Source of the DNA: Massalongia carnosa
Taxonomy: Eukaryota
Length of the DNA: 64,000 nt
Reading direction: 5' to 3'
NCBI GenBank assembly: GCA_965645245.1
Contig: OZ287071.1
Span: 1,302,001 to 1,366,000, forward strand
Below, one piece after another: positions 25,290 through 38,003 of this stretch (position 1 is the first letter of the stretch; every line of letters begins with the position of its first letter). The position numbers were made by a program, and so were the translations under genes. The notes under the pieces were generated by a model, which saw nothing but the letters and a program-made list of their open reading frames with translations, was not told where the DNA came from and did not search any database.

Positions 25290-25380
25290 GTACTCTGTAC
25301 ACAGTACTCTGTACACAGTACTCTGTACACAGTACTCTGTACACAGTACTCTATACACAGTACTCGTACTCTGTACACAG
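25290..25380. repeat. 14-bp minisatellite, ~6 copies
   Basis: GTACTCTGTACACA repeated, with one G>A variant and one partial unit. Confidence 0.92.
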
Positions 25381-26058
25381 TGTGTTTGCGTCATTGCCCC
25401 GGATATCTTGGAAATAAGAAAACTTCCCTTCACCTAATTAATCACCTAATGAGGTATCTAGGTACTCTATCTTCCTTCCTCTTTTTCATTATTCGCTCCA
25501 TCGTCCTCAGATATGAAAAAAAACCTCGAATAGTCACCTGGGTTCAGTGGAGTCGACAATACAAAGTCCTTCCAGCGTAGCAGTGTGGAAGGTGTCATCC
25601 ACCGAGAGATAGAGCAAGATTGTCTTGCCGTCCAAGTGTTGAAAGGTTATTCGGATCAGGCACTCCTATCATAAATCATGTATCCGGGTAACACAATCCT
25701 GCTCATGCCGGCGACCTTGAATTCCATAGTGCCCAATAAAACGTGAAAAGAACGTGTGGAGAGTACCCTTGGATATCAAGAGGCGAAGAGCTCCTCACTA
25801 GTTAGTAAGCATGGATTATGTAATCTGTATGCTATCGAGTAATGAACAATCTCTTCCACGTGATGAATCAATGCAACGGCTTGATCCAATCACCCGAAAT
25901 TCAATCACCAATCCTTCCTACCTATCCATCACCTCCCTCACCACCACACACAGGCTTACTACAACCTCTTGACTGAACTCAACATCGCTGTGATCATCCT
26001 CTGTCTCCTTCTATACTCGCATCGTCACACACACCTAGACGACAGAGGTCGGCTCATC

Positions 26059-28597
26059 ATGGCGACACCACATTATCCGACCGACCAACTTCTGCCCATG
26101 GCCTCATTTGAGGCCAACGAACGTCTCACTGAATCAATGGTCCCGAGGAAGAAATACAAGACGACATACCCTCGAACCGTGCCTAGAACAGGTACTCCGC
26201 AATTTACTTTTCAGCTCAACACACCAGATAGTATTAGGCAACAGCTACATCATCACGCCCAACGTCGCTTAGCTTCGATCCCTCAACATGAAGCACACCT
26301 TCCCGCCGACGACACCAACCCTCGTAAGCGGAAAGCAAACGATACCAGCTCTCTACCAGCTACAGATTTGAGCGAGGGGGCCAATCCCACCCTTGATGTA
26401 CCTCTTGAGCTCGTTACGAAGGTCAACCCCGGCAAGCGCAACGTCGGTGGGCGGCCTCGCCTCCACCCAAAGAAGGAAACCCAGCTCACCGGATTGCCAA
26501 TTCTAAGAACGAATAAACCGGTGATGAAAGAAATCAATCCCGACATTTGGTGCCGGATCTTCGACTTTTGTCGCCCAGAATTTCTCTTACAAGCTCGGCA
26601 GGCCACCCGGTTGTTTAACTTTTTTCTTTTGAACAAGGAGTCTCAATGGAGGAACGCACGTGTGCAGAATTTTGGCGAAAATCATCCGAACCCACCTCCT
26701 GGGTTGTGCGAAAGGCAGTATGCCGATCTCATCACGGGCGTTGGCTGCCAGACCAAGGCGTGCAAGGACAAAGGCGCACGCAAAGTCTTTTGGGCATTTC
26801 AGAGACGGTGGTGTGGCCGTTGTCTGAAAGACAACACACTCAAGGTATATATCTGCTCTCATATCAGACTCCTTTGAGGTGTCGCTAAGTCATTTCGATT
26901 TGTAGGAGGAAGATGCCACGTTCTTGGCTGAGAAGTATCCTGGCTTGCTCGAATGCATCTCCAAAGCCACGTTTGATAGCTGGGGTAGGTACTGTTACAT
27001 GGAAAAGGACTTCCGGAAGCCGGACTGGGCAAAGCATACGGGCAACCACGCGCGTTTTTCTCGTTGGGCGTTGAAACGCTGTATTGAAGAGTTCGACGAC
27101 TATCTGGCTGTCGGTCCTAATAAGGAGCAAAAGACCGAAGCTGAGGTAGATGCATGGGTCGAACAGAAAAAAGCGTCCAACGCCGTGGTCGAAGCAGCCC
27201 TCCTGGACATTGAAGATTATGAGTCAAAGGCAAAGGATCAAAAGTCCATAGCATCCAAGAAGACCAAGGCTGATCGTGTAGCTTTTTTCCGGGAACGCGC
27301 ACTAGCGCTCACGCCTCCGCTGTCGGAGGAGGCCCTAAACATGCTTCCGAAATACCTTGCGAGCATTGAGATTCCCAAGCCTCCCACCGAGAGAGCTTGG
27401 CGCGAGTTGCTTCCAAAGCTTCTAAAAGATCGGGCTAAGGCAGAAATGATCCTCAGCGATGAGGCAAAGGTAGATGGGAATGCCGCGTTTTGTAATCAGC
27501 TTGTTAGGAGTTACGAGGCTACACAAGAGAAACGCAGAGGAAACGCTACCCCGGAGCAGAAATCCATCTTGCGTCTCGCCGATGAAGTGATTGCTGCACT
27601 GAGTGGAGCGATTGAAGCTAGGGAGGTGGCACATATTGACTTTGTTCCGCTCGCATTTCGAAAAGTCTTCGAGGCGTACAATCTTAGGTACGACACAAGC
27701 AAACCGGACTATGGAGGTACCAGGTATTATCTACTACTAGCCGATGCCAAAATGGTCTATACCGAGAAGCTTCTACCGTTCATACTGAGGTGGGGCGACG
27801 TTGCAAAAACCATCCAGGCAAAGGAATTGAAATGTCCAGGGTGCAAGCGAAGAGATTGTCATCGTCTTTTCAGCTTCGAAAAGCTAATGGATCACATTGC
27901 GACCGACCATACGAAAGACATCGGTAGTCTGAGCTATTTTCGCGTTCCGGTTAAGACCTTACCCAGCTTCACCATGACAGCTTACTGCCGTTTGAAATGG
28001 CCAAGAAATTTACCTATCCTTGCAAGTCATCAGCAAGTCATCAGCGAGTGGGACCCCGAGGACGATTCAGAATACGTACACGCGCCTGTTGAGCTTCCGA
28101 GAAATCTTTCACATAACGCATTCGAGGGCCGTTGCGTACAACAATTCGGTGGTCCTCCACCGGGTGATTTGCTAAAGGATATTGTTTATGCTGGTTCTCT
28201 CCTCGTCGGTGCGCCCATTGGCGACAAGTTCAAGACTCTGATAGCTTTTAAATTCGCCCTTGAGAGACATAGCAAATCTGGAGAAGAGCCAGATGTCCCG
28301 GTCGAGGTCTTAAGGGAGTTGCCGACAGCACTGATCCAGGCCGGCATCCGCGGACTCTTTGAAGATTTTCATTGCCAGACTTGTTCCAACGACGAGGCCC
28401 GCGAACGACGCCACAAGAGGTATGTGGAGAAGAATCAGTCCTTGGGGGATTTGGTCAAACATTACGTTGCCTGTCATGACCACTCTCTATGGACAACACG
28501 TATGTTCGATCTTCCGTCGGCGGAGGAGCTGTGGGAGACTTTGACGAATCCAGGGATGGAGAAAGCGTTGCAAGTGTTTACCGAACTTTTTCCATAG
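26059..28597 (+). CDS. F-box domain protein with AT-hook-like motif and Cys/His zinc-binding motifs, 2 exons
   Basis: GGRPRLHPKK; F-box-like INPDIWCRIFDFCRPEFLLQARQATRLF; WRNAR...PPPGLCERQYADLITGVGCQ; LKCPGC...HIATDH; FHCQTC...HYVACH. Intron 26845-26905. Confidence 0.75.
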
Positions 28598-30219
28598 GAA
28601 GGATCAAGCGGTGTAGGAAAGCACCTGATACGCTCTCAAGGTGTTATTTCAAGCGGCGTAGACATGGACCTGAACAGGGAAGCAACTACCGTAGCATACA
28701 GTGCCATGGACCTGGACCATATTGAGCCGTACGCTACAGCTTCAGAGGGTGTCACAATGCCGTTGAGTGAGGAAGCGACTTATTTGGACAAGACTAACGA
28801 GGTCTTGTTATTCGGTTGATAATGGTCTGCATGGAGTGTAAATGAACCAGATGGCCCTGCTCTTCCAACATCGATGCTATATCTTGAGGATGATGCTGTT
28901 CTTCCCAGGTGGATGATGTTAACTCGATGAGCTAGTGTTTCTAATCGCTAATGGATGTTATATGCTACAGACAAGGTGGTGGTGGTGGCATTGTCTTGAT
29001 GGAGAAACGGTGGTGGTCATTTTCTTTAGTTGGTGGCCTTCTCATGGATGACAGTCCCTCCATCAAACGGGACATAGGCGTTTTGTAGGCGGTACGAGCG
29101 ATGACTTTGCAGTATTGTGATACCCCCTCAAGCCTCTGAGCTTGAGCTTTACGTTATTTCGTCGGAATTTTTCACTTCTCGCGGATTTTCTAGCTGCACT
29201 TTGAAGCTTCGCAATACGGTGCCGCATAATATCGCCATCTTCATCAATGGATCAATGCCATGTTTTTTATGCATCTCAGCGGAAACCAAATGTCGATTGA
29301 TAGTTTGTTTTTCTTTACCTTGGAGGGATATCGGCATCATGCAAGCTGTAGCTTTTCCCACCGATACATGATTAGCTATGACGGCAAGTTTGAACGTTTC
29401 TCGGTCGGTCAATCTTGATCTACAATCAGCAAATCTAACATAACACCACGCAACCATATTTAGCTATCCCGCTTCATGGTTTCACAAGCATTGTTCTCCT
29501 TCCTTTAGATAGCAAATGTCAATATATTCTATTCCTAGGGCCTCCTCTCATGTAAGATGACTTCCTTACTTTTTGCTAGGGTTAGGTGTAAGCTAGGTGT
29601 CTTGTCAGAACGAGTGACTATTATTGAGGGAGCGGTTCCTAATCAAATCAATGGCCACTCGTCCTGACAGGGCATCTGGCAGAGGAGGATAAGTGCAAGT
29701 GCAAGGGCGATGATGCGGAGGAAGGCGAGGATGATGATGGGGATGAGCGTAAAGGTGAAGGAGGGTGAGCGAGAACGAGCAAGAAAACAAAGTATGAAAT
29801 AGGTGATCGTGCCCCCTAAAACGAAACGGGCGCTAGACGCGAACAGACGCCAAAAAAAACGCGGCGGGCTGATGCGCAACATAGGAAACAGAGACCTCGT
29901 CTTTAAAAACTCCTCATCATTTTTATTTCTTTTAAAAATCCAAGTATCTATTATTTACATTTACCGAATCCTCATCCACTGCCTGGGGAATCAACAAAGG
30001 GGCGAGGAGGGGAACTTGCCGGACGCCAAAGGCCGCTAACAAACTAGGTTTACGGGGAGTGGGTGTTCTGGGGGGAAAGGAAGAATGGGATATGAGTGGG
30101 AGGGCTTGGAAGGGGATTGCGGTGTTTATGAAGGCGGAGAAGGAGGAAAAGGGGGGTCGTTTGCTGTTTCCAAATAGGGGGCTTCTTGAGAGGTTGAGAT
30201 GGGATGATGTGTGCTACTT

Positions 30220-30269
30220 TTCTTCTTCTTCTTCTTCTTCTTCTTTTTCTTCTTCTTCTTCCTTCTTCT
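30220..30269. repeat. (TCT)n microsatellite in a low-complexity island
   Basis: Direct inspection; poly-G and (GA)n tracts nearby at ~30422-30447 and 30709-30720. Confidence 0.9.
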
Positions 30270-31336
30270 CTTTTCTATCTCCCTAATACACTCTGCTTTC
30301 TTTTCAACACACAAAAATGAGTAGTGCAAAAGAAGAAAATTCAACGTGTATTTTCTTTCTTACTTGTTTTCTTACCTGCTTCACAGAATTTTTCTTGCGA
30401 TTTGTCTAATGAGCGCAGGGTAGAGAGAGAGAGAGGGGGGGGGGGGGTGGTTAAGGAGCAGAAATTGGAATTGGATGATTGAAGGATATGGAGTTGCATC
30501 ATGGATCGTGAGTTTTCGGGATGAAAGCTAAAGGTATCGAGAGGATTGAAAGATTACCAAAAAAAAGAAAGAAAGAAAGAGAAAAGATATGAGAATCACA
30601 GGGAGCAGGCAGTTCACGATTCGTCCTTCCCCCTCCCCTTTTTCCCTTCTATTGGAAACCTCCCTTCCCCCCCAACCCAAACTGTCAGTTCTTTTTTTTT
30701 ATCCCGGTGGGGGGGGGGGGATACATACGCAAGGTATGTATTTTACGCTTTCTACCTGCTTGTTTATCAGCAGGTTATCTCCTGATCGGGTTACTTGGCC
30801 ACTTACTCATCCATAATAAATACATAATACTCAGTCATCCATCCACACATTCAACCACTCACACAAACCGTAGCAACAGCAGCAGACATCTTCGCAAAAT
30901 TCCATTCGTTCGTTCGTTCGTATCACGCTAGGAGAATGACTATTTGGCTATTGAGCGACCGGCTGGTGAATGTCGAATGTCGAATATCAGATATCAAAAA
31001 AAAAAAGTTGGGGGGGAGGAGGCTTGCTTTCGGGTTCATTCGGGGCTTGGTTTAGGGTTTTGGATTGGGGTTGGGGTGATGGCTAGTTGGGGATTCAAAA
31101 TCAGTTAGATAAGTGAGGATGATGGCTGGGGAGGAGAGGGTTGTTTCTAGTTGGTGCGGCGCTGCGATGAGTGGGTGGATAAATGGATGGCAGGGAGGCA
31201 GATAGGAAGGTATGCAAGTAGGCAAGTAGGTATATCGCCTGGGTGAGTAAGTGCAGGGATTATAGGGATGTATACCGCGGACCGTTCTGGTCAAACTCGA
31301 AGCCTCCATGACAACCCCCACAACCCTCCTTCACGC

Positions 31337-32631
31337 TCACCCAAGCATCACTACTCTCGTGCCCATGTACCGGGCAGCTGTCACAACGGCGACACTCCAC
31401 ACTTCCTCAGTGCCTTCTCCCCCCATCATCCTGACGCTCTCCTTGCGCGCCTTCGCTTCCCTCTCCAAATCATCCTCCAAAGCGCCTTGCCTCCTGCGCC
31501 GCCAACCCCCGCGCAGCGGCCCCCCAATCTCGAGCCTCCGGCCCGCTTCTTCCAGATCTGTCATGCAGGCACTGAACTTCTTGTCAAGGCGTGTAAGATC
31601 CACCGTTGCGGAGCCCGCAGGGGGTGTAACTGCAGCGTCTGTCCTATTCGTTTACGCCTCGCTGAAAAGCAGTCGTTGGGTGTCAGTCGCAGGGCTTCCG
31701 TGCGTCACGGATGGCAAGAGAGACGTGCAAGTGACCGCAGAGATGAAGTCCAGGGACGCCGCCTACAGCTACGTGTTGCTAAGGTCAGACACGAATTTGG
31801 ATTCCTTGAGCCTCATCAGGGCGTTTGCGAGCTCGATTTCAAAGGCGGTAAAGAGCCAGGTTGTGGCGGGAGAGAGAGACGGGAGCGGAGTCTTGGTGTC
31901 GGAGGGCCGGAAGCGGGACTGCAGATTATATTAAAAGAGATGAGCGGGAGACGATTGTCGGCGGAGAGGAAGGTGGTCTCGGTGGGGGTGGGAGATGTCG
32001 CGGAGGCGGCAACAGAGATCAGCTCCAGGTCAGCGGTACAGAGGGAGAGCCGAGCTCGAAGGGTGTCGCGGGCGAAGTCTTGAACGGGGATCAAGGAGCG
32101 CTGCAAGAAGACTTAGTCTTCACCGCTGTCCAGCAGTGCTTCCAGACTCTCCAATTCGTGTTTCAGCCGCGCCAGCCAAAGAAGTGAACTTCTGCGTGAG
32201 CATCTTGGAAACTCTTGGTCTTTACTTTGCAAGTGAAGCCATAGCCGCCTTCCTCACAGACCTTGGTCTTTCAGGCTGCATCTTTGCTCAAGGTACTATC
32301 ATGTCGCCGGATGGAGACCTACGTCTGTAGGGTAAAGTGAAACTGGGAGTCTGCCGGAGTCTTTTGTGGATGTGGCGGTGCTCGGTTTGGCCTTGGATGA
32401 CCTGCGGCTCCAGGTGCCCAGTGTTGAGGTAGGTTTGCCGGATGTGGATTCGATTGACGTTGTCTTAGAGTTGCTGCGTTTCGGCTATGAGGAGGGAGAG
32501 AGTGGAGGTTTCGGAAGCGAGTTGTCTTGAGCGCCTAATTCGAGCGATATGAAGTTGTACAGCTCGGTGAGGGTCAGTTGGAGGCTCGATTGGTGGGCTT
32601 TCAACTTCTCGAGAGTGCTCGTGAACCCCAT
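31337..32631 (-). pseudogene. Decayed gene for a helical/coiled-coil hypothetical protein
   Basis: Protein-like frames (MGFTSTLEKLKAHQSSLQLTLTELYNFI; LWLARLKHELESLEALLDSGED*VFLQRSL; FEIELANALMRLKESKFVSDLSNT*L*AASLDF). They are broken by in-frame stops at 32485, 32113, 31769, 31763 and 31652 and by frameshifts. Confidence 0.55.
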
Positions 32632-33019
32632 GACATTTGCAGCATCATCTGAAAAATAATGGACGCTGAAGTATTAGCCAGGCTGCACCTTCAAGCTGAA
32701 CATTATTGGTCGGCGTGAAAGCAGGTACGATTTGCATTGATATTATAAAGGCCCAGATGTGGGCGACAGGAAGATATGATGTTACGTCCAAATCCTCTGG
32801 GGCAAAGCTGTTCAGCCCTTCATGATAGATCCGCATCGAGGCTGTAGACTCTGTTCCGCACTGCCAACTATGCTTGTCTCTCTTGTACTCCAAAGGCCTG
32901 GTAGGCAACAGGGCCTGAAAGAAGAAACTGTGTACTCTGTACTCTGTAGGGAATAACTATCCAAGCAAAGGTGAGGAGCAGAGGTGAAAGCTACCAAAAG
33001 GCATCCTTTCCTGTTTAGG

Positions 33020-34292
33020 AGAGAGTCCTTCAGCGGAATATTCTCCAGAACGATCAGGCTATACCAGGTAGCACGCATAAAGTGTTTGACAAGGCATACT
33101 TCAGCCTTGTTGGTAACACAGAGGATACACGCTCCCAATCGACAACGAATGCATGGCGTCCTTCGTCATTGAGGTTTGTTGTCTTCTCCACTGAATCTTG
33201 CCCGATAAGGAAGAGAAAAATGGACAGGTCATGCAGATAGCGAGAAAAGTCGTTGATAGTGTTGATCATTGATCCTTCTCAGAATGGCAAACGCACATTC
33301 ATCAACTGGCTGCTCGCCCTTGCGACCAGCAAAGATTCCATGCACAGGAATGGTTTGGTAATGAGAATAACATAGTCACAAGCAGAGGAGATTATGTTTG
33401 AAAAGCGGAATAATGTGCTGAAGAAAGACAAGTACATGAGTCTTGTTGAACCTGTATATCAGTCCATTGTAAACACCGTGATGGCCTCAATTAACTTCTG
33501 TCAATCGAACAAAGAAACCTGTGTTCTGTCCGTCTAACCTGACGAGGGAATCCTACAAAACAAGCTTAACGTTATCCATTGACTATGACTAAAGAATGAC
33601 GCGGAATATCCTCATGGCCCTGAAAGCATTGCGAAGTCGCTCACAACTCAGAAGCTGGCTGATGTTATGGATCGCTGGCTTTCCATTCGCAAAAGTTTGG
33701 CAGAAATCTGTTCCTGGCAATCCCGATGTTTGCTTGACGGGTAGCCAACCAACTCAAAAGAAAACCTCTTGAAAGCTTACATATAGGATTCGTTGACGTT
33801 TCCAAGTCATTCAGTCCAAAAATCAAACCATTGATTTGATACCCCCCGATTTCATGATAGCATTCAGGCAATTCAGGCGTTCGTTCACATAATCTATATA
33901 TGCTGTTTTTGTGCTCTCCGGTTTGATCGTCCGCGTGAAGAGTTACCTTTAATGTCGCCCCAATCACCGTTCCGGCGACAAGAGAGGTACTTTGTACATG
34001 ATGCAAGTCCTTATCAGGAATGGAGAAACTCGTTGTGGCAGTTGTCCGTTTTTGCTTTTTATATTTTTTTTGGATGTTTGTTATCGGGTTCGGGTTTTGG
34101 GAAGGAATGTACCTCAATGACAAGGAACATACACTTGGCAAACATCTTTCCGCAGCTCGTTTTGCAGGTTTTCCTTCCTTGTCGCTTCATTCGACAGATA
34201 AGTTTCGCTTGGATTTCAGTACGTTGGCCTACCTCGATAGTCGAGGTGTGAATCGATGAAACCGAAAGTTTAAGCTGGAGTATACGTGCCAA
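33020..34292 (-). pseudogene. Fragmented multi-exon gene remnant, possibly kinase-like
   Basis: Protein-like fragments separated by intron-like GT..TGAC..AG segments. YLHDLSIF...NDEGRHAFVVDWE loosely resembles kinase subdomains VI-VII. No continuous frame. Confidence 0.25.
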
Positions 34293-34644
34293 TAACTCTC
34301 TTCAATGTGAGCAAGCGATTGTAGGCTTGTGGCACAGGTTGTCAGACGGCATGGCATGGCATGAAGATGCATCATGGAGTGAGGCACTCCTGGTCTGTCA
34401 TTCTCTGTTGCAGAAGGAAACGCCATGCAAGCAGTGGATATTAGGCTGCATGAAAAGCGAGGAGCACAGCTCACACGGCAATGTAAATGTATCACCGTGC
34501 GTCAACTCGACCACTGTAAGGAGTGATCGCTGTCTAAATCGAATTCACCTTCAACCTGGTTTCTCAATAATATTATCAACATCAAAGGGCTAGCCATTTC
34601 CTCCTATAAGAAACACGGTTTTGAAAGTCAATCTGACTGCAGCT

Positions 34645-36100
34645 ATGATATCCGACGCCATCGTCTCCCATTCCCTCCAAGTAGTGAGCATCTTCCTTGC
34701 GGTATTCATATTTGGTCTAAGTACGGTGGCCGTCTCCGCTCGATTGTATATGAACTTACTCCCTGAGCAGAAAACTTGAATGGGAAGATTGTAAGTGCTA
34801 TATATTGAACAACAGAATTGACTATTCAAAGCATATGCTAAGTCAAGACAGACTCTTCTGTTCTGGCCTGGGTGAGACAAGAGTTCGGCTTTGCAATGAA
34901 CGGTTCTGATAGAGTATAGGCTAATTGATAGTGTTACAGTTAGCCCTTCATAGCGTACACAGGTCTTGATACTGCTGTTATTGAGATCAGAAATACACCA
35001 TCCATTTCTAGCAATTGAAGATGGGTTATTTAAGCCAACGGCGGATTTTGTCAATGTCTCCATCTTGCTGCAATATCACCTTATTTATTGTCCGCCAGTA
35101 AAGCGTATTTCATTATGCTTTACAGGATTCATCTGGGCAGTTTTTTCTTTACAATATCATAGCCCTATTAACGTTTATCTTTCAAGTAAGAGTTGGAGCT
35201 TTGTTGTCGAGCTAGTCATATCTCCAGTATAGGCAACGGGCTAACTTTCAAAGTGTGCTCCTATAGGAAAAGTGTGGAATCCCTCGATTCCTGGATATTG
35301 TATTGCCAACAAGCATCTCCTCTGGCTTCTTACTCCTGTATTTAACGTTGTGTCAGATTTCTCAATTCTGCTGATTCCTTTACCTGTCATCTGGGGGTTA
35401 CAAATGCTACGAGACCGGAAATACGGACTATGGCTGTGTCCGGCTTTGGCCTGTTAGCCTGCATCGCAAGCATCTTACGCCTGGTTTACACCATTGATGT
35501 GCTCCTTGATCCCACAATTAGCGCGGCGGCTTATACTGTGGGTGTTATCAAAGTTGAGCTCTGTAGGTAAGGAAGTGGTTCTTCAATCTTGCGAGGCTTG
35601 AGGCTGACGCAGATGCATCTCCGTCGAGATGTCAATTGTATAATCGTGGGCTGTGTGCCTATTTCCCCTAGGTTCTTCAGGCAATTCTCATTATAAAGGA
35701 ATGCTTCGCCATCTACAGCTAATATATCATCCATCAGCGACCGTAACCGAGGACGCTGGCGCAAGTTCTTTCGGAAATTCATGATACTGGGCGTGGGCAG
35801 TAACGAGACCCAAGGATCTCCAAAGAGTTCTTCATTCATAGGAAGCTTGGGCCTAAAGCTCCATATATATCAATGCTGAAGTTTGCCAACAACTCCGTCC
35901 ATTTAGCGGAAAACGGTTATCCGAGGACACCGTCACCAATCTTCGATGGAGGAAGCTTCACATTCATGATCGCGAGTCTCGAACGAAATGCAAACCCACC
36001 GCGCAGAAGTCACGATGATATTGAAAGCGGCTGCAGGTGGAGTGGGAGGAACGCGTACGGAGACACAAATTCTTCGGTTGTTCGTGTGCAAAACGACTAG
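34645..36100 (+). pseudogene. PTH11-like (fungal rhodopsin-domain) integral membrane protein pseudogene
   Basis: STVAVSARLY..RKLEWED; PTADFVNVSILLQY; C.PIGKVWNPSIPGYC; FNVVSDFSILLIPLPVIWGLQM..RK; GFGLLACIASILRL; EMSI/IIVGCVP. Frameshifts near 34760, 35429 and 35637. Confidence 0.8.
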
Positions 36101-36582
36101 GCGAAGGAGGACCAGCAATGAACCTGACAGGTTTATACCAAATTTACTTGTCTTTGCCTCTTTTCCACCACGTCTTCTTTTGCTCCAGCGCTAAATTCCA
36201 ACGAGACCAGGAAAAATCCCAGTCTTCATGTAGTTGTCTGGAACCTTTGGTACCATCCACTCATATATTGACGCTCTGTAGATTCAATTATGTAATGTCT
36301 TGTAAATAGGGGGTTTTATTTTCATTATCGAATCGCAGTTGAATTAAGTTTAACGGCTACCTTCTAAAAGTGCTAAACCCTTTTCGAAATGTCTAATTAT
36401 CTACGGAGTACTCCGAAAGCGGCTTAGCACGGCTTTACAGATCCTTGAGAGAGAGTTCTTCGTCTTCCGACTGTAGCGAATAGCTTCGATTCTTGTTCAT
36501 CCATCCTGAGTTTGTACAGGTCAGCTCATCGGCATCGTCGTTTCATCTCCATTCTCATTCTACCATTCCCATTCTCCGTGCT

Positions 36583-36589
36583 TTAGTAA
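36583..36589. promoter_or_regulatory. Candidate Yap1/AP-1 response element upstream of CCP1
   Basis: TTAGTAA (reverse complement TTACTAA) ~70 nt before the CCP1 ATG. A 7-mer also arises by chance. Confidence 0.3.
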
Positions 36590-36654
36590 CCTCCACAAGA
36601 AAAAGCAAGCAAGGCTTCGGAGAGTCCGAGTAACCTTTCTGTGCATCAGCAACC

Positions 36655-38003
36655 ATGGCCTCAGCAACCAGAACCTTTACCCGCTTAACCACCCACGCCA
36701 AACCCATCTCATCTTCCCTTCGATCCACCGCCGCTCGAAACACCAGGTCTACGTTTGCACGAAAGCCCTTTCAATCGTCTTCTCGTCGTGGCTATGCTTC
36801 AGGAGCCGGCGGCAACAACTCAAGGACGGGTCTTTACCTGGGGGCACTAGGGCTCCTGGCTCTCGGAGGTGGCGGTTACTTTTACCTGAACAATGGGAGC
36901 TTCAAGAACCTGAAGGAGGGCAGCGCCAAGGAAACAAAAGGCATATTCACGCCTACAAAGGAAGATTATCAGAAGGTGTATGATGAGATCGTCAAGATAT
37001 TGGAGGAAAAGGATGATTATGATGATGGGAGTTACGGCCCAGTCATTTTGCGTCTAGCATGGCATTGTAGCGGGACGTACGTTTTTAGAGTGGGACTCAA
37101 TGGTTTCGAGAGCTGATCGTTTTATAGCTACGATAAAGAAACCGGCACCGGAGGTTCAAACGGCGCGACCATGCGTTTCGCCCCTGAGGGTGACCATGGC
37201 GCCAATGCGGGATTGAAAGCTGCCCGAGATTTCCTTGATCCCATCAAACGTAATCTCCCCTTCTCCTTACAGACGCTGCGTTCAAAGTTGACCTTCAGCA
37301 GAGAAATTTCCCTGGATCACCTATTCCGACCTGTGGACCCTTGCCGGCGTCTGTGCCATTCAAGAAATGCAAGGCCCCACGGTTCCCTGGCGTCCCGGCC
37401 GGCAGGACCGCGACGTCTCCATGTGCACGCCGGACGGGCGCCTCCCTGACGCCAGCAAGGAGCAAAGCCATCTCCGCGCCATCTTCGGGCGCATGGGATT
37501 CGATGACCGCGAGATTGTGGCGCTAAGCGGAGCGCATGCGTTGGGGAGGTGTCACACAGATCGAAGCGGGTATGAGGGGCCATGGAGTTTTAGCCCGACG
37601 GTGGTGTCGAATGACTATTATCGATTGCTGTTGGGAGAGAAGTGGGAATATCGGAAGGTTCGTGACGATACCTTCCCTACCTCGAATCTTTCTTAGCCTC
37701 AACTCTCCCTTTACCGAGCAATATGCCTTAGATATTTAAGAACCGAACTAACCTTACCTCCATAATCAACAGTGGAACGGCCCCAAACAGTTCCAGGACA
37801 AGGCCACTAAATCTCTCATGATGCTCCCAACGGACATGGCCCTAGTTAAGGATAGCGAGTTCCTCAAACACGTCAAGCGCTACGCGGCCGACGACCAGGC
37901 TTTCTTCGCCGACTTCCGCGACGTGATCGTCAAGCTGTTCGAGCTGGGCGTGCCGTTTACCACCAAGGAGGACGATCGAATGGTGTTGAAGAGGAGCTCT
38001 TAA
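36655..38003 (+). CDS. CCP1: Mitochondrial cytochrome c peroxidase, 4 exons
   Basis: R/S/T-rich presequence plus TM segment; [50 protein letters not shown]. Introns 37077-37127, 37250-37301, 37658-37772. Confidence 0.96.

Noticed and set aside
25290..25380. Repeat array as CRISPR
   Set aside because: Head-to-tail 14-mers without spacers, no cas genes, eukaryotic context.
29149..30931. Short ORFs in the low-complexity island
   Set aside because: Mostly products of microsatellites and homopolymers, with no coherent exon chain or motifs.
31268..32083. Plus-strand ORFs 31268-32083 and 31308-31934 as genes
   Set aside because: No recognisable motifs; better explained as shadows of the GC-rich minus-strand pseudogene, though not formally excluded.
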